Shown here piece after piece: positions 1 to 12,000 of a stretch of DNA of 64,000 nucleotides (position 1 is its first letter; every line of letters begins with the position of its first letter). Source of the DNA: Iphione sp. A-MEVVRFRX5 (taxonomy: Eukaryota). The position numbers and the translations under genes were made by a program. Location: positions 34,348,001-34,412,000 of the forward strand of contig OZ320317.1 in assembly GCA_976226885.1 (NCBI GenBank), written 5' to 3'. The notes under the pieces were generated by a model, which saw only the letters and a list, made by a program, of their open reading frames with translations, was not told the origin of the DNA and did not search any database.

Positions 1-1
1 T

Positions 2-777
2 TCGACCAGTGCAACTGATACAATAGTGTCTACCATCCATACAGACACTGCAGCGTCACCTTGTCCAGGTAACACCTCTCCTCGTCGCCTACGAAGTGGA
101 CGTATTCTTGATCGTCCATCTGATTCTTCGGCTCCCTCTACACTGTCAACTACCCCGCGAGCGCTGACCCCACGACCCTCTACATCACGTACAACGACCC
201 CACGTTCCAGTACATCGCGAGCAATTACTTCACGACCCTCCACCTCGCGGGACCAGACTTGGCAAGCCGCAGCCTCACGAGAGCTGACACCACCACCACC
301 ACCACCACCACCATCCCCACCCCATAGTCCGCGTGAGTCGACACCATCTCCCTCTTGCTCACGGGAGTCAACCCCACAGCCCTCTTGTTCGGTAAGAATA
401 CGACTTTCATTTTTGATGAATATCTTCTACACTAGTTACTATTGGATAATAAATTACTAAATTCATATTTTTAATTAGAAAACAAATCTTACATAGTGTG
501 AAATATTTAAATTTATAAGAACATAAATATTCCATTTTGTTCCGATTATAACATAATGTAGAATCTTTATGTATTTATTCTGGATCAACATGACATTAAT
601 AGTTGTTTGTGCAAATATTTATATCATCTCGAGTAATATGTTGTTCATTTGATGTATCTTTCCAGTTCGATTAACTGGTTCAACTATGCGTGATTGTCTC
701 AGGATCACATTCTTGACGCGGACATGCCTCCAGGACTATTGAGTCGATACTACGGTGATGACCCCTCGTGGTATTAA
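2..777 (+). CDS. 5'-truncated Ser/Thr/Pro/Arg-rich protein; exon 2-391, putative last exon 703-777
   Basis: Frame is open from base 2, before the GTG used by the ORF track. Repeats of TPRPSTSR-like and RESTP units and a poly-Pro run. Donor TCG|GTAAGA at 391/392 (phase 0); acceptor TGTCTCAG|GAT at 702/703 gives in-frame DHILDADMPPGLLSRYYGDDPSWY*. The second exon is inferred. Confidence 0.4.
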
Positions 778-2033
778 TAACCCAGAATGTTGCTGAACCC
801 TGCTGGATGGAAAGGACTTTGACTTCATATATATTAACGGTAGATGACGCCATGTCCAAGGTTGTATTTAAACCTTCTTGTAAAACTCTTGTTTGTTTGA
901 CGTTTTAAGGTGCTAACCCTGCCATAGCTACATGCTAAGTAAGATTTTTGGGAGTGAAGTATTCAAGCTCGATCTATTGAACCAACATTCCACATATTCT
1001 ACACTTGAAAGCACTGGATGCTGGACGTCATTGTGGACACTAAAGATGTGTAAACAAGGAAATGAATATAACAAAAGGTCCCTTAGCATGGATATAACTG
1101 GTGCCTTGTTCATATACCTCATGAGTGTTTAGCGAGAAAGATCTTAATGTCAGGATTAGAATTCTTGACTTTTTAAAATGTGAAGCTTTTGATCTAAATA
1201 TATATCTTTTATACTTACTTACTCATATTATTTTACGTATCTAGAGACATATATATTCGGATTTTTCCTAGGTAGCATTATGTATCCAGTAGTCTTATTC
1301 TAGAAAGTATTTGTGATAATTAGACACAACAACAACTGCTTTATTCTTGCGGGAGCATTTATTACATAAAATTACTTGTTTATTTGGTTACATTATATTC
1401 CCATTACCACGTAAAATGTATCCGTGTTAGCCATACACATAATATATCTAAATTATCAATATTTCTCTGTTATCAATCAGCTGCTTAATAGGATTCAACT
1501 GATCATGATCCAAATATATTTTTTATTTTTTTTTAAATCCTACTTATCCTAGTTCCTTCGAGGTATATACTCATGCAGCTGTTTACCTTCGCATGGTAGC
1601 TTTATTGTAGTCAGACAACATATGTTGACCCACAGTACGAGTAGAACGTTATAATCACGTTGATTAGAAGTATACTTAGACGTGATACAAGAGGTGATAT
1701 TTACCCGTAAAGGCATTAGATAATATCACAGTTGTTAATTTTCCCATCGTATCTTTATTAGAGTTTATCAATGTGTGTAGAACGTAGCTACGAATAGATC
1801 GTTATGAACATCTCAATCGAGAACATCATTATAAAACTGCTGATTCTTAGTGACCTAGAGACATGATCATTGGATTGTGAGTATTAATAAACCGTTATTT
1901 TTCCTAGTCTACAGTGGTTTGGATTACATTCCTTCTACATATATAAAGGTCAATTAACTTCATATGATATGAATCCGTTAATTGCCTTCATAATGCATTA
2001 AGTCAACTACCTTTGATGTGCTGTTTGAATAAG

Positions 2034-3187
2034 TTAAGTCTTCCTTAAGTATTTGAAATCTTCTTCGAACTTAATATTAAAATACTCCTTGTGATTATCT
2101 AGAGCTGTATCCATTATTTTCTTACATACTACATCATCCATTGTATACTCGCCACACTTCAGTTTTTTACCTTTACTTTCAGCATAAATTTTATACATGT
2201 GAGAACTCGCTTCTAGTAGGCGTGTAAGCGAAATCCTAATGTGAGATCCCCATAAAGCCGCATAATCTATTTCACCACCTGGTATATCCACACAACCTGG
2301 TATATGGTCTTCCTGCCCGTTTGCTCCATGTTCACAACCCCTACACCACTCAACCACGAGTCTTTTATAATCAGTCAGTAACATGTATGCATAGGTTCGC
2401 AGAATGATTTCATATACAGTAATTGAATGTTCAGAATGATTTAACTCTACTACATCACCAGAACCTTGATTGGCTTCTGACTCAGTATCACATAACTCTG
2501 TACTTATAAAATCACCTCCACATTTCTCAAACTTTGGGTCATCACAAGAGGTAATCCTATACGATGATTTTTGATATTCAACCACTTTGTCTGGTGGATT
2601 CAGTGACTTTCTCAGCTTCCTTTTCTTTGGTGCTTTCTCCTCATTTCCAAGGGAACTTGCCCCACTCTCGTCATTGTCCTCCTTCTTCTCCCTCTTCTTT
2701 CCTTTCTTCACCACTGCCATGATGTCGACAAGCTCTACTTCCGTAAGGTTGAACGAATCATAGCTACAACATCAATAGATATATTCTTTTATACAATCTT
2801 TATACAATAGATCTCCTATCTATATATCACACAAATCAAAAATAATTGACTTCCACATACATACATATACATACCTGGAGTGCATATAGGACTGTTCTTC
2901 ATACACAGCATTTATACTTACTTGATCCGTTCTCCTGATCTTGATTTCCTGACAAAGCAGATATAGTCACGTCCAATATACGATTTTAGTTCTAATTCCC
3001 AATTTTTATGGTCCAATTCCACCGCACATGTTTCTCCACCCATGACTTTCTCCCATTTCTCGTCAGCAAAGTCAAATAACTTCCTCGGAACCTTCAATTT
3101 GCGAGTAGTTTCATCTGCCTTCTTCCTTTCTAGTTTCACAAAATCACCCATCATCTCCACAGAAATGTTGTTTGAAATAGCCTCCAT
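2034..3187 (-). CDS. Two-exon gene (3187-2922, 2763-2034), 331 aa: PC4-like N-terminal region, basic NLS, CX2CX9HX3C motif
   Basis: Intron 2921-2764 (158 nt) has donor CAA|GTAAGT and acceptor TGTTGTAG|C. Splicing joins ORF 2918-3187 in frame to ORF 2034-2720 via ...RSGERIN-YDSFNLTEVELVDI-MAVVKK. Also PKKRKL and WCRGCEHGANGQEDHIPGC. The PC4 resemblance (LKSYIGRDYICFVRK...SFNLTEVEL) is by eye only. Confidence 0.65.
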
Positions 3188-3421
3188 TTTTTCTTTACAA
3201 CCTTCAGGAATTATGACTACTTGTCGTAAATGGCTTGTTCCTATACTTCCTTGTATATTGCTCTGACAGCCTTCAAGTATTACAAAGACTAGTCCTATAT
3301 CGCTTGTTTCTATACTTGCTTATATATTACTCTTATCATAATATATCAGCCACGACCAGACAGTATGATTCACACATTTCTCTATTATATCCGATCATCA
3401 CCTTTCGTGTTCTCATTGCAC

Positions 3422-3463
3422 TTTATATAATGTCTGATTAAGACATGCATATAGTTGACGTCA
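3422..3463 (-). promoter_or_regulatory. TATA box and palindromic CRE upstream of the minus-strand spliced gene
   Basis: TATATAAA on the minus strand at 3429-3422; TGACGTCA at 3456-3463; both lie between the gene and the E-box/CCAAT array. Confidence 0.5.
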
Positions 3464-3510
3464 CGCTTGTTATCTAAAGTTAGCGTTGTAACAGTTGGGA
3501 AGAGACGCTA

Positions 3511-3802
3511 TCACGTGAACAGTTACAATTAATCAAATGTCACGTGGTCAGTCTTGTCCAATCAGAAAACAACAGATAAATTTGTTGACCTCGACCTCGA
3601 CCTGTATCACATGACCTGGCTCGTCCAATCAGGAAGCGGTATCTCACGTGGTCAGTCTTGACCAATCAGAAAACAACAGGTAAATCTGTTGACCTCGGCC
3701 TCGACCTGTATCACATGATCTGTCTCGACCAATCAGAAAACGGTAGATGAATATGTTGACCCGACCTTGACCTCAGTCACGTGACCTCTCTCGACCAATC
3801 AG
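3511..3802. promoter_or_regulatory. Subterminal repeat array of E-box (TCACGTG/TCACATG) + CCAATCAG modules with GACCTC repeats
   Basis: E-boxes at 3511, 3540, 3607, 3644, 3711, 3777; CCAATCAG at 3558, 3625, 3662, 3729, 3795; a 104-bp unit is duplicated (3540 vs 3644). Confidence 0.8.
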
Positions 3803-6800
3803 GAAACGGCAGGTGCACTCAACTCTCATATTACTACTTATGGCCGTCTCTATATAGTTATGAATGAAATCATATAGGGTTAGTATGCATATAATGGCTA
3901 CTTTGTCGTATAATGCGCTGGCAGTAGTGATGGAATGAACAGGGAAGTGGGAGTGAAAAAACTAGGAAGATGGGGATGTAGATTGAGAGGGACTGGTGAG
4001 AATATTAAAGTGGCCTTGGCACTACAGTTGGCGAATGGACACCTTGAGATTGAGAGGGGCACCTCTGAGCGAAGTTGGACGCTTGAGGGAGGAGGTTAGA
4101 GTGGCTGGGAGGTACTGAACACAGAGGTCTAAGTGGTGGTAAGTGATTGGTGTTCAGAGCCTGTGGAGGAATTTGATGAGAAGAGAAAAAGTGTATCTAA
4201 TTAGGGAGGGTTAAATAGGGAAAGAGACTCTCGTAAAACGTCTAAGAAATAGTGGGAGAACAAAGTAAAGGAAAGAAAAGAAGAAAGAAATGGAAGAGAT
4301 TCTATGGTTAAGAATATGAATAGAAGCAAAGAACGAATCAGAAGAGGAAGAGTACAACCCATGACCAACAAAATTAGTACTTCCAACATTATTCACTGTA
4401 ACACCGTATACCTTTACCATATAACAATTCACTCAGCGACAATACCCACAAAACTGAGCTAAACACACACAACCACTCTGTGTCGGATAAAACGTGCCAC
4501 CTGTGTATGTATAAATATGTATATATATATATATATATATTTAATGTGTACGAACTTAAAGAACAGGAATAGAAAATTGATGCAGATCGAGGAAGAGATG
4601 CAGGAAGAACAAGAAGGGGTAATGATGAATGACAGGTCAAGGCTGCCGGAGGAGGTCATTAGGGGTCATACCGGCAAGAAGAGCGTTCCCTTCTTCAGTG
4701 CCCCCCGCCTCTGCTCCTGTTCCTCATCTGCTCCTGCTCCTTCCCCCAGTCATGTATCTTCTGCTCCTCGCCACCCTCAGTCAGTCTTCGCTTACTGCAA
4801 GCTGCGTTTATGTCTGCCTGTCCAAGAGGCGGTCGCATTTGTTGATAAATGTGAGGCCTGCACTGGTGGGCCCATTAGGCCTGGAGCACCAACCGGCCTT
4901 GACAGCTGCTCGCCTTGGCGTCACCCCCTCCCCCATTTACACCCACCCCACCCGCCGGCCCCCACCATGGGCTTAATCCGATCCCCCTCCCGACACGGGT
5001 CGCCGTCCCATACACCCCAACCCCCCTCTTCTCGGTGCCTGACTGCAGTCCTTCCAACCCTCAGGGTCAGGGTACCCCCCTTGCCTCCGGACACGGATCG
5101 GCGCCCAGAGGATGGAAGGAGCAGCTCTACCAGTTCACCTGCTCCTCAAACAGCCCAGATTGTTAATAAACCTAACTATCCACGCATATCAAGGCTCGGT
5201 GAAGGAGCAGGTCAGTTCACCCAGCTTTGGCTCTTAAACGTGTGCTTACGGGGTGTCGCAAGTACGTAAGTTTAAACTGTTGGATTGACTTTATATTGTA
5301 TTGCTGACATATGAATGATGCATTATGTCTTATGATTAGATCAGGAATACCGTTATAACATTATGTGTCGCATAAGTGTTGCGTTCTCTTGTGAGATTTT
5401 ATGCGCTCTTCTCTATCGAATAAACTGCTTACTTATTCCCGCTAAGGCTGTACCTTCCCTGACTCGTACATTCTGTAAATCGATGTCTGCCTCTTTTATT
5501 CCTTCTTCTAGCTGAATCTCTCCTTCACTTACACACTTCTCTGTCTACCTGTGTGCCTGCCGACCTGTCTTTCTGTCTCTCTCTCTTCCTACCCTCCGAC
5601 GCATTCAGTCTCCTCTCGTCGTATTTTGGTGTCATCTCTCTTCATCCAGATCAGAGCAAGACAATTCATCCCTTTGATTAGCCATTGGCACGGTGACAAC
5701 AGGACATCCTGTTGACAGATCCCGTTGACAAACGACTTCACACTATGGAGGACGCCATATCATGGACGATTATGGCCAGGGAAAAGAGAGTAGGAAGATA
5801 CGTAAGGGACAGCGATGAGAGCTGAATAAAAGCAATTGTTTGGATGGACAAAGTGTTTTATGCTCCAATGCTTGGCATCTATCAAATGGGTGCAGCAAGT
5901 CAAGGGACGTTACAGTGCAATAAAACAATGCGCCTTGTATATGAGGCTTTCGTGAGCCTCATAGATCTGAATAAATGAGTTTACACTAAGGGAACATATC
6001 AGCTGTTTATTTTATTATAGGAACAGAGGGAGCCATCACTAGGTATGGCAGGTCCTGTATACTAAACTGTAGAAAAGCTGCTTGTTGAAATACCAGTCAC
6101 TTTTATGTTTTATATAATCTCCACTAGCTATTTGTAAATGTCACTACAATGGAATCCCTGATTCCAGACATTCTATTTAGGATAGCTCAACTTATGAACG
6201 GGCAGGACACAACACCTAATTATAAAACCATGTTTAAACACTCCTGATATTCCAGAAATCCCCCTTTTCAGCTTCTTGCCAGTCCCTTTGCTGTCTATAT
6301 CAGAGGGATTCCACCGTAGTTCTTTTGTAATTTCTTGTCGGGGCGTACACATTCGTAGTGTCCGCATGAGGGATACAGTGAATGGCTTTGAATGACATAT
6401 GTTAATGAGGTAGCTGAAAGAATAAATACTGATTGAAACTTGATTGTAACGATGGATTCAATAGGGCTTCGATTAGCGATCTGTGTAAAAATGTTTAATT
6501 AAATCCATGCTTAATTAAATCCAGCTAAGAACGCACCTACAGAAGCAATTAGCGTCGTAGTTTGGAATATGTCATATGGAAGGGTGATGGGGCTAGGGAT
6601 GGAATGAGAAACGGTGGAGGGTTGAGTTATAGATCATGATAAACCGATCTGTTAGGGATAGCGATAAAGATAGGGGAAAGGAGTGTTAGTGCTAGGAATG
6701 AATTTGGAAATAGAGACAGCAGAATTGGGGAGCCAAGAGATTAAAGCAAATGGGAGGGGTGAGACGAGGGAAACTGATAAAAATAGGAAAAGGAAATGTA

Positions 6801-6897
6801 TAAAGATATAGATAAGCATATATAATCATACATGCACATTCTTTTCAACTATCAATCTGCCGGTCTCTGTTTCTGGATATAAACTATTTCTGTTTAA

Positions 6898-7477
6898 CCC
6901 CTTGGTGGTTTCAAAATGTCAAAGCGTTCGGACGTAAATAAAACCGATGCGTTTGGTCAAAAACATTGTTGAAACATTTCCAAAGACTAGTTTTATTTTA
7001 CTAAACATTCTGTAAACATTTTACATTACTGGTTTCAATACATTTAATATCCTTTCAAAGAAGCTGTTTTGTTCACAATGTTTCAAAAAAGTTTTGAAAC
7101 CCAAGAATTTAATATAATTAAACCCTTAGATTAATTTGAGTTCCTTATATTATGCCTGTTCCGTTCTACTTCTGGAGCCTTTCACATTCATAATTGTTGA
7201 ATGTTTGTCTAGTCCATTAGATGTGTCGTTCAGACTATAGAGGCAGAGCACCTACATACAAGTGCAACTACTGGTACACATATACATACACATAAACCTA
7301 TAGGTTATGCAGTATCGTGCACGGTTATATGGTGTTGGGTCTGAAGTGGGTCGTTACCATTGATTGGCTGCAACTAAAACACGTGATCAGCTGCTCAAAC
7401 GTGCAGCTTCAGCGTCCTGAGACGGCAGATGGTCCTCTCACTAAGTCCATTTACCTAAGGCTGCTGCAGCCAGGGGG
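6898..7477. mobile_element. Non-autonomous piggyBac-like element
   Basis: TTAA on both sides (6894-6897, 7478-7481); short imperfect TIRs CCCCTTGG / CCAGGGGG; no coding capacity. Confidence 0.5.
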
Positions 7478-8379
7478 TTAATCGAAGCAAGTGTATACGG
7501 GTCGATGCAGGGTTAAAAATGTTTAATGAAAGCAGTGCATACGCAGCTGCTTAGACAAGTCAGAAACAGCTGGCTTAATTTGGGACCCTGCGAGTGAGGG
7601 ACATACTATTTTTTGTTTGTATTGCTATGGGAATGGCAGTATGGTGTTTCTTTTTTAAAACACACAGCGGTTATTACATATCACTGCATATGAACGTACT
7701 TAATAGAGTGATATTGTTGGTTTGATTGTACTGACCGTCTTATTCATGTAGGTTCCTGATTAGTTTGGCAACTTAACTGTATGTGTGTGTACAGTACAAC
7801 CAAACGAAACATGATCCTTATCCTACTAAGCGTCGGTTATTACAACAGCAAGGCGAGCTACAAGGGAAACGAATAGCATAAAACAGTAAAGCGCCCAAAG
7901 AGTATGCCTGAGACAAGTTCTAGATGTTAATAATCGTTTTCTGTTTATTTTTGCCTGTTTTGCCATCTATGTACTATTTCTTTCCATTCTTTACCCTTCG
8001 GAGGTTTCTCTGGAATCGTAGTAAAACCTCTGGACATATCTTCGGTGTGAAAAGAGTGTGAAGACATGTTTTCGTGACAAGACTTGATCTGCGCAAATGG
8101 AGCAGCAACTAAATGAATCGATCTAATTCACAATACTTGTAGACGGTAAAGAAAAACAGACGGCAATGGGTTCGCTTATCATTTTATAAAGAGACCACAT
8201 GGACTAGTATTTCCTCTTGGAGGAAGATATAACAATTATAGGTGTGGTTAAAGGAAGACTGTTTTCAAATTACTTGAACTTGTGGCCGGGAACTATTGTC
8301 TTCATCTAACTACTAGGTGTATCGTTGTCCTTTCATTTACCTGCTGGCTCCCTGTTTGGATTGGGGCACGTTTGTTTCC

Positions 8380-8775
8380 TCGTGGAACCTTGCCGCGGAT
8401 TTACCCATTCGCCAGAAGGATCCAAGATTCGATGTGGCAAGCTTTCACCAAATTTCAATCTTCCCAGTCTTTGCCAAATTCGAGAGTGTATCATATAAAA
8501 CAGGCTAATTGAGAATCCAAATGCTTCTACCTATTTTCCTGATTCACAACAAGGAACCAGCGAACAGCTGCATATTCACGCTTGAATCTGAACTATTTCG
8601 TCTTGGATATTGGCAATTTAAGTGCTAACATTAACTTTAGAAACCTATCGAAAGCATTTAATAGTCTTGACCACCAGTTAGTATTTGATCGCCACGGCGA
8701 GATTGGCATGGATGATAGTAGCGTGGGGCTCATGGCCAGTTACCTGAGTGAACAGTTACAGCAAGTCAAATAAAA
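8380..8775 (+). pseudogene. Decayed non-LTR retrotransposon (CR1/L2-like) reverse transcriptase fragment
   Basis: Frameshifted pieces WNLAADLPIRQKD..HQISIFPVFAKFE and LDIGN..NFRNLSKAFNSLDH..MASYLSEQLQQVK match the LINE RT motifs WKxAxVxPI, RPISLLP..SK.FE, DLSKAFD.VDH and SYLxxRxQxV. Confidence 0.75.
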
Positions 8776-8933
8776 TAATTTTCACTCATCATTTGGCAAT
8801 AGCCCAATATTTGGATGTTATACTATACATAAAGGCAAATCAAAACCTTCATTATTCCATAAAATAGTGAGATAATTACCAAGATAGAACATCTTTAGTA
8901 TGTTTCTTGATGATAGAACATGATCTTCTAACA

Positions 8934-9260
8934 CCAAAAAATAGGTGTTTTTGTGGTAACCCACCCCTACCTAGTAAAACCTCACCCTATCTAACAATTT
9001 TTTGGCCCCAAAGAGTTTCCAAGGCTGAATTTCCTTAGATACATGTTTTCATGACACATGTTCTTAGTAAATTCAGTAGAAAAACAAGCAAATCCATGGA
9101 AATTCGGCAAAAATATATAAATTGGTCAAAATTCTTCATATAATCCTAATTTTTCTTGAAAATCAGAAGACGAAAGTGGAAAGAAAATTTTAAAAAAAGA
9201 TATCCCCTCCCTACCTAGGTTTTTGGGTGGTTGTTAGCAGAAACACACCTATTTCTTTGG
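8934..9260. mobile_element. MITE-like element with imperfect ~33-bp terminal inverted repeats
   Basis: CCAAAAAATAGGTGTTTTTGTGGTAACCCACCC (8934-8966) matches the reverse complement of 9225-9260 (CCAAAGAAATAGGTGTGTTTCTGCTAACAACCACCC); superfamily not assigned. Confidence 0.45.
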
Positions 9261-11964
9261 GGGGGGGCTAACTGTTTGCTGATAAGGTCTACCACAAACT
9301 ACAGGTTCATAATTACCTAATAAAATCAGACCATTAATTCAGTATGTCACTGGTGGTGAAGTACAATGGTCGATAGTGTAGGTGAAGAAGGACAGACGGA
9401 GAGAGGTAGATGGCGATGTGTGCAGCAAGCCCTGGCCATAATGCGCCCCATGTGACGCTATCCACCAGCTCGCTTGTTGAAGCCACTGGTGCTGCTCTCC
9501 CTGGATTACACATGGTCGCTGCAAAACAGTCCTATCTCTGGAAGTGCTCGTCAGGTTGTTATAGAACGGGGGGTAAAACTTTCTTCTATGTAGTAATTCA
9601 AAGATGAACGTTCTCCCTGTCTACCCACTCGGCCAAACGACCCTTCAGAAGTGTATATCTCATACTCATTGAGGTCATTCCACGTACGATTTGCCGCAGT
9701 ATTCCAGCTTGAATATGTCAACCCATGTGAATCAAGAGAAGCCACAAGAGAAGCCTCCCATACCTCCCCTTTTTGAGTGAGAAAGCTGAAGGACTATCCT
9801 ACCAGTCAACAGACAAGAGTCACAGGAGTCAGAGACACACAATAAAACCGTCATCGATGAGACGAGGAAAAATCCTTCTATTACCAATTTACAGCAACTA
9901 TGATGATCACATAACGAGGTGTATCACGTACGATTCTCTCTGCTTGGTCAGTGTTCGAATTTCACTTCAAAATAGCACACAATTGAATGAATGTGCTTGA
10001 AAGCCAGTATGTAGGAGCAAAACCATCTAGTTTATGGGCGATGTGCGTCGATTTAAAATACTTTAGGGCGAAATTGGCTCCGGAGACGAAATGACCTGGT
10101 CTGAACCGCCATAAACTTGAATTGGCTTGGGGCATGGTCACACCTGAGATGAATCAGCCGACGCGTAAAAAAGCGTTGAAACGAAAATTACGAAGATAGC
10201 TCGGGCCCAGTAGATCGAACTAACAACATGTTGAACTGTCTTTCTCATGGACAAAACAACAGTAGCGAACAGTCCCGAATCGGCAGCTACAACCTGCAAA
10301 CATTGAATGAAACCACATTACGAGCGCCTCAATGCTTTCCACTACGTGATGAAAATCACCGTAGGAAAACTGCACCATAGATTAGCGTCGGGGCTTGAAC
10401 CTGCCTTTCTAAAGGGGACAGGCACACGCAGGTCTCGCTTGGCCCTCTGGTGTGGCTGGTGTCGGCGACGTCTGGGCCCCAGCTAATTACCACTGATGAA
10501 TAATTCAACAAGTCAGGGACCAGCGAAGGGCGTTGGGTGGGGGCAGGGGGAGGACGGGGAGGGGGGGCCTGTGTGTGCTGACTTTGATGTATGTTTCACT
10601 TATGAGTAGGATATTGGGGGAAAGGGTGAGATCTGGGACCACAATTAGGTGGAGAAGGCAGCTGGTTTCAGTTACATAGTAGCGTATGGGAGATAAGGGT
10701 GCAGACTCTGTGCATGGCCTCGAGGTCATGGCTATCCCTCAAGCGGGCACTTATTGCCCCTGATTTGGTAGTTGAAATGACTACCTGTGGTGTAAACGCT
10801 ACCAGTTAAATTCCCTAGTTGGACGTCAGCTCCAATTACGTCCGATAAATACATAGATAATAAGTGTAGTGTACCATATATAAATACATATATGCACAGG
10901 TATATCTACATACATGTATATAAATATTAATAGGGATATGTGTTTACAACGCTGAGATTTTTCTTCCTTGGTAATTTGAAAGCCCTTTATGTAGGACTCC
11001 TAGTCCAGATCTAAATATTTATTATTTTGAATCATCGCATCCTTTGCAAGAGAAATCTTCCAATGAATACTTTCCATCCCATTTCCATTGCAGCAGGACC
11101 AAAGCACGAAGAGGTTCCCCGTTACTTCCAAACACAGGTGAATGCCATTTTAGGGCCTACACTGCAATGCGACCAATACCTTGATACCGGGAAGATGTGT
11201 CCCAAACGGATTTTTAACATGTATTGACCCATGAGTTTCAAGGCTTTCCCACCATGTGACCAAAACCAGCACTGTGGGAAGAGAGGAGAGGTTGTCGCAA
11301 ATCGTTGTGCTGTGTTAGTATCTGCAAGCTGCCTGTTGAGTAAGGCCAAAATTATGACCCAGCACCACCAGGCAACAGCCATTGGAAGCAGGCATGTGGT
11401 TAGGACACTGAAAAATACTAGCCCCCCACCACGTCAGTGATAGAAAGAGAAAAAGTGTAAAAATTAAAAAAAAACAAGTCAACCCTGGTTACAAATTCGA
11501 GCGACTAGGCGGTCAAATGCCAGGCGGACCACAATCGTCTCCCAGGTGAGACCATGCATTATGCGCTGCTTCTCGGGGCCCTTTCAGTCAGCATACGTGG
11601 AAAGACAGAGGTCGGATTGCATATACTTTGGCTCCCAATGCGATATATATTATCATGTTAATAATGCAGTTTGATTCCCTCCTTCCGGGGATCAAAACCC
11701 TCTGAATTGAAGATTTGTCCCTTACGTTTATAGCTTAGAATAAATTTGAAATGATGTCACACAATAGCATGAAGTGTGTGAGGCAGTGCTTTAACATCCG
11801 GAGTAAAAAGTATGTAAATGAGGTAAGGGAAACATGATTGCCTCTCTCTCTCTTTCTCTCCCCTACCTCCATGTGTCTATCCCATTTATTTTATCCTCTG
11901 GTCTTTATATTCCATCTCTGCGCTCTCCTCTTGACTCCCTTCCTTTCGATGTCGGTCTGTCTGT

Positions 11965-12000
11965 CTGGCTAGCTGGCTAGCTGGCTAGCTGGCTAGCTGG
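11965..12000. repeat. (CTGGCTAG)4.5 tandem repeat
   Basis: Direct reading. Confidence 0.9.

Larger units (their letters stand above)
1..3838. mobile_element. Right-hand end of a probable Maverick/Polinton-like (adintovirus-like) element; remainder lies upstream of the window
   Basis: Ends in ...CTCATATTACTACT at 3838 (reverse complement 5'-AGTAGTAATATGAGAG, the AG/AGT-microsatellite terminus typical of Polinton TIRs). Preceded by a repetitive subterminal block (3511-3802) and compact small genes, one PC4-like with a CxxC..H..C motif. No pPolB, integrase or capsid gene is in the window, and the other TIR and the TSD cannot be checked. Confidence 0.6.

Noticed and set aside
4517-5269. 250-aa ORF on the + strand
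   Set aside because: Starts in a (TA)n run and is made of purine-rich then pyrimidine-rich low-complexity sequence; no recognisable domain.
5261-5470. Solo-LTR-like segment with AATAAA ending ...CGTACA
   Set aside because: No matching TG start with a target-site duplication and no second copy.
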